This document shows, in pieces, positions 63,425 through 64,000 of a stretch of DNA of 64,000 nucleotides. The position numbers and the translations under genes are program-made. Each line of letters begins with the position of its first letter. Within the stretch, counting starts at the first letter, position 1. The stretch is from positions 372,001-436,000 of the forward strand of contig OZ025712.1 in assembly GCA_964019335.1 (NCBI GenBank), in the 5' to 3' direction. Source of the DNA: Diplonema japonicum. Its lineage: Eukaryota; Protista; Euglenozoa: Diplonemea. The notes under the pieces were generated by a model that made no database searches, was not told the DNA's origin, and saw nothing but the letters and a program-made list of their open reading frames with translations.

Positions 63425-64000
63425 ATGTTGCGCTTCACGCTCCTTGCCACTGCGATCGCCATGGGCAGTGCCCAAACCCTGACTCAAGCTGAGACTGCCC
63501 AGGCCCTCATCGACAAGGTGTTGAATGGGACCGCCGACGACTGGACCTACCCTTGCAGACCCATCAGGCTCCCTATGAAGGATTCTGGTTATAAGCACAA
63601 GTGGTGGAAAGAGGGAGGTATGTCCCAGGAGGACTTCATGGAGGACCTGGCCCACGGGTTTGGGGGTGACGAGGGACGTGTGAATGTGACTGGCGATGTG
63701 CCTCCCGCACTTGTCTCCTGGGGCACAGACGGCAACGCCAACTTCACATGGCGTTTCCCCGACCGTGCCCTGAACAACTACTTCAAGAAGGTATTTTGGA
63801 ACATCAAATTCTGCATGTGGGAGTACGACTTCGATACTGAGTTCACGAAGTACGACCTGTTCCACGCACACGCTTTCTCGTTCGAGCATGACGGGATCAA
63901 GGACTTCGGGATGGTGTTCCACGCAAAGGAATACCCTAGCGACCTGTTCACGGGTGTCACTGGTGCCCCTTTCAACACATCGCACCCCTCCTACCCTGTG
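63425..64000 (+). CDS. Secreted hypothetical protein, 3' end outside the window
   Basis: Open frame MLRFTLLATAIAMGSAQ...GMVFHAKEYP... to the window end; signal peptide. Confidence 0.8.
   Translation, partial: MLRFTLLATAIAMGSAQTLTQAETAQALIDKVLNGTADDWTYPCRPIRLPMKDSGYKHKWWKEGGMSQEDFMEDLAHGFGGDEGRVNVTGDVPPALVSWGTDGNANFTWRFPDRALNNYFKKVFWNIKFCMWEYDFDTEFTKYDLFHAHAFSFEHDGIKDFGMVFHAKEYPSDLFTGVTGAPFNTSHPSYPV

Overview
Eukaryotic nuclear DNA from a euglenozoan, most consistent with a diplonemid. The assignment is inferred from kinetoplastid-like eS14/eL41 and tRNA-Trp, an unbroken unidirectional gene cluster, and many tiny GT-AG cis-introns. About 30 protein genes lie on the minus strand from 1 to 57.8 kb. 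A divergent strand-switch region (about 57.8-63.4 kb) follows, packed with decayed mobile DNA and strongly CpG-depleted, and then the first plus-strand gene. Recognisable genes: RPS14, two EF-hand/K+-pore/cNMP channels, GMP synthase, two RPL41, an RPB11/AC19-type polymerase subunit, an EF-hand SRPK-like kinase, a large ADP-ribosyltransferase-domain protein, divergent H2B/H4/H3, an S53 peptidase, two HSP70, a USP25/28-like DUB, glucosidase II beta, NadD, CASP golgin and two LVIVD-repeat proteins. RNA genes: tRNA-Asn, -Trp, -Phe and a reiterated C/D plus AGA-box snoRNA cluster. Most notable non-coding signals: (i) a family of HDV-like ribozymes heading non-coding elements, one ~330-nt SINE-like family and one ~850-nt G·U-rich structured RNA carrying two copies of an unrecognised pseudoknotted module; (ii) CpG-transition decay of those elements confined to the strand switch, which hits the catalytic C; (iii) a five-copy array of an unexplained ~160-nt structured unit; (iv) 33-62-nt introns with GTATG donors and A/ACAAC-rich interiors. 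All RNA structures were paired by eye, and no searches or folding were run.
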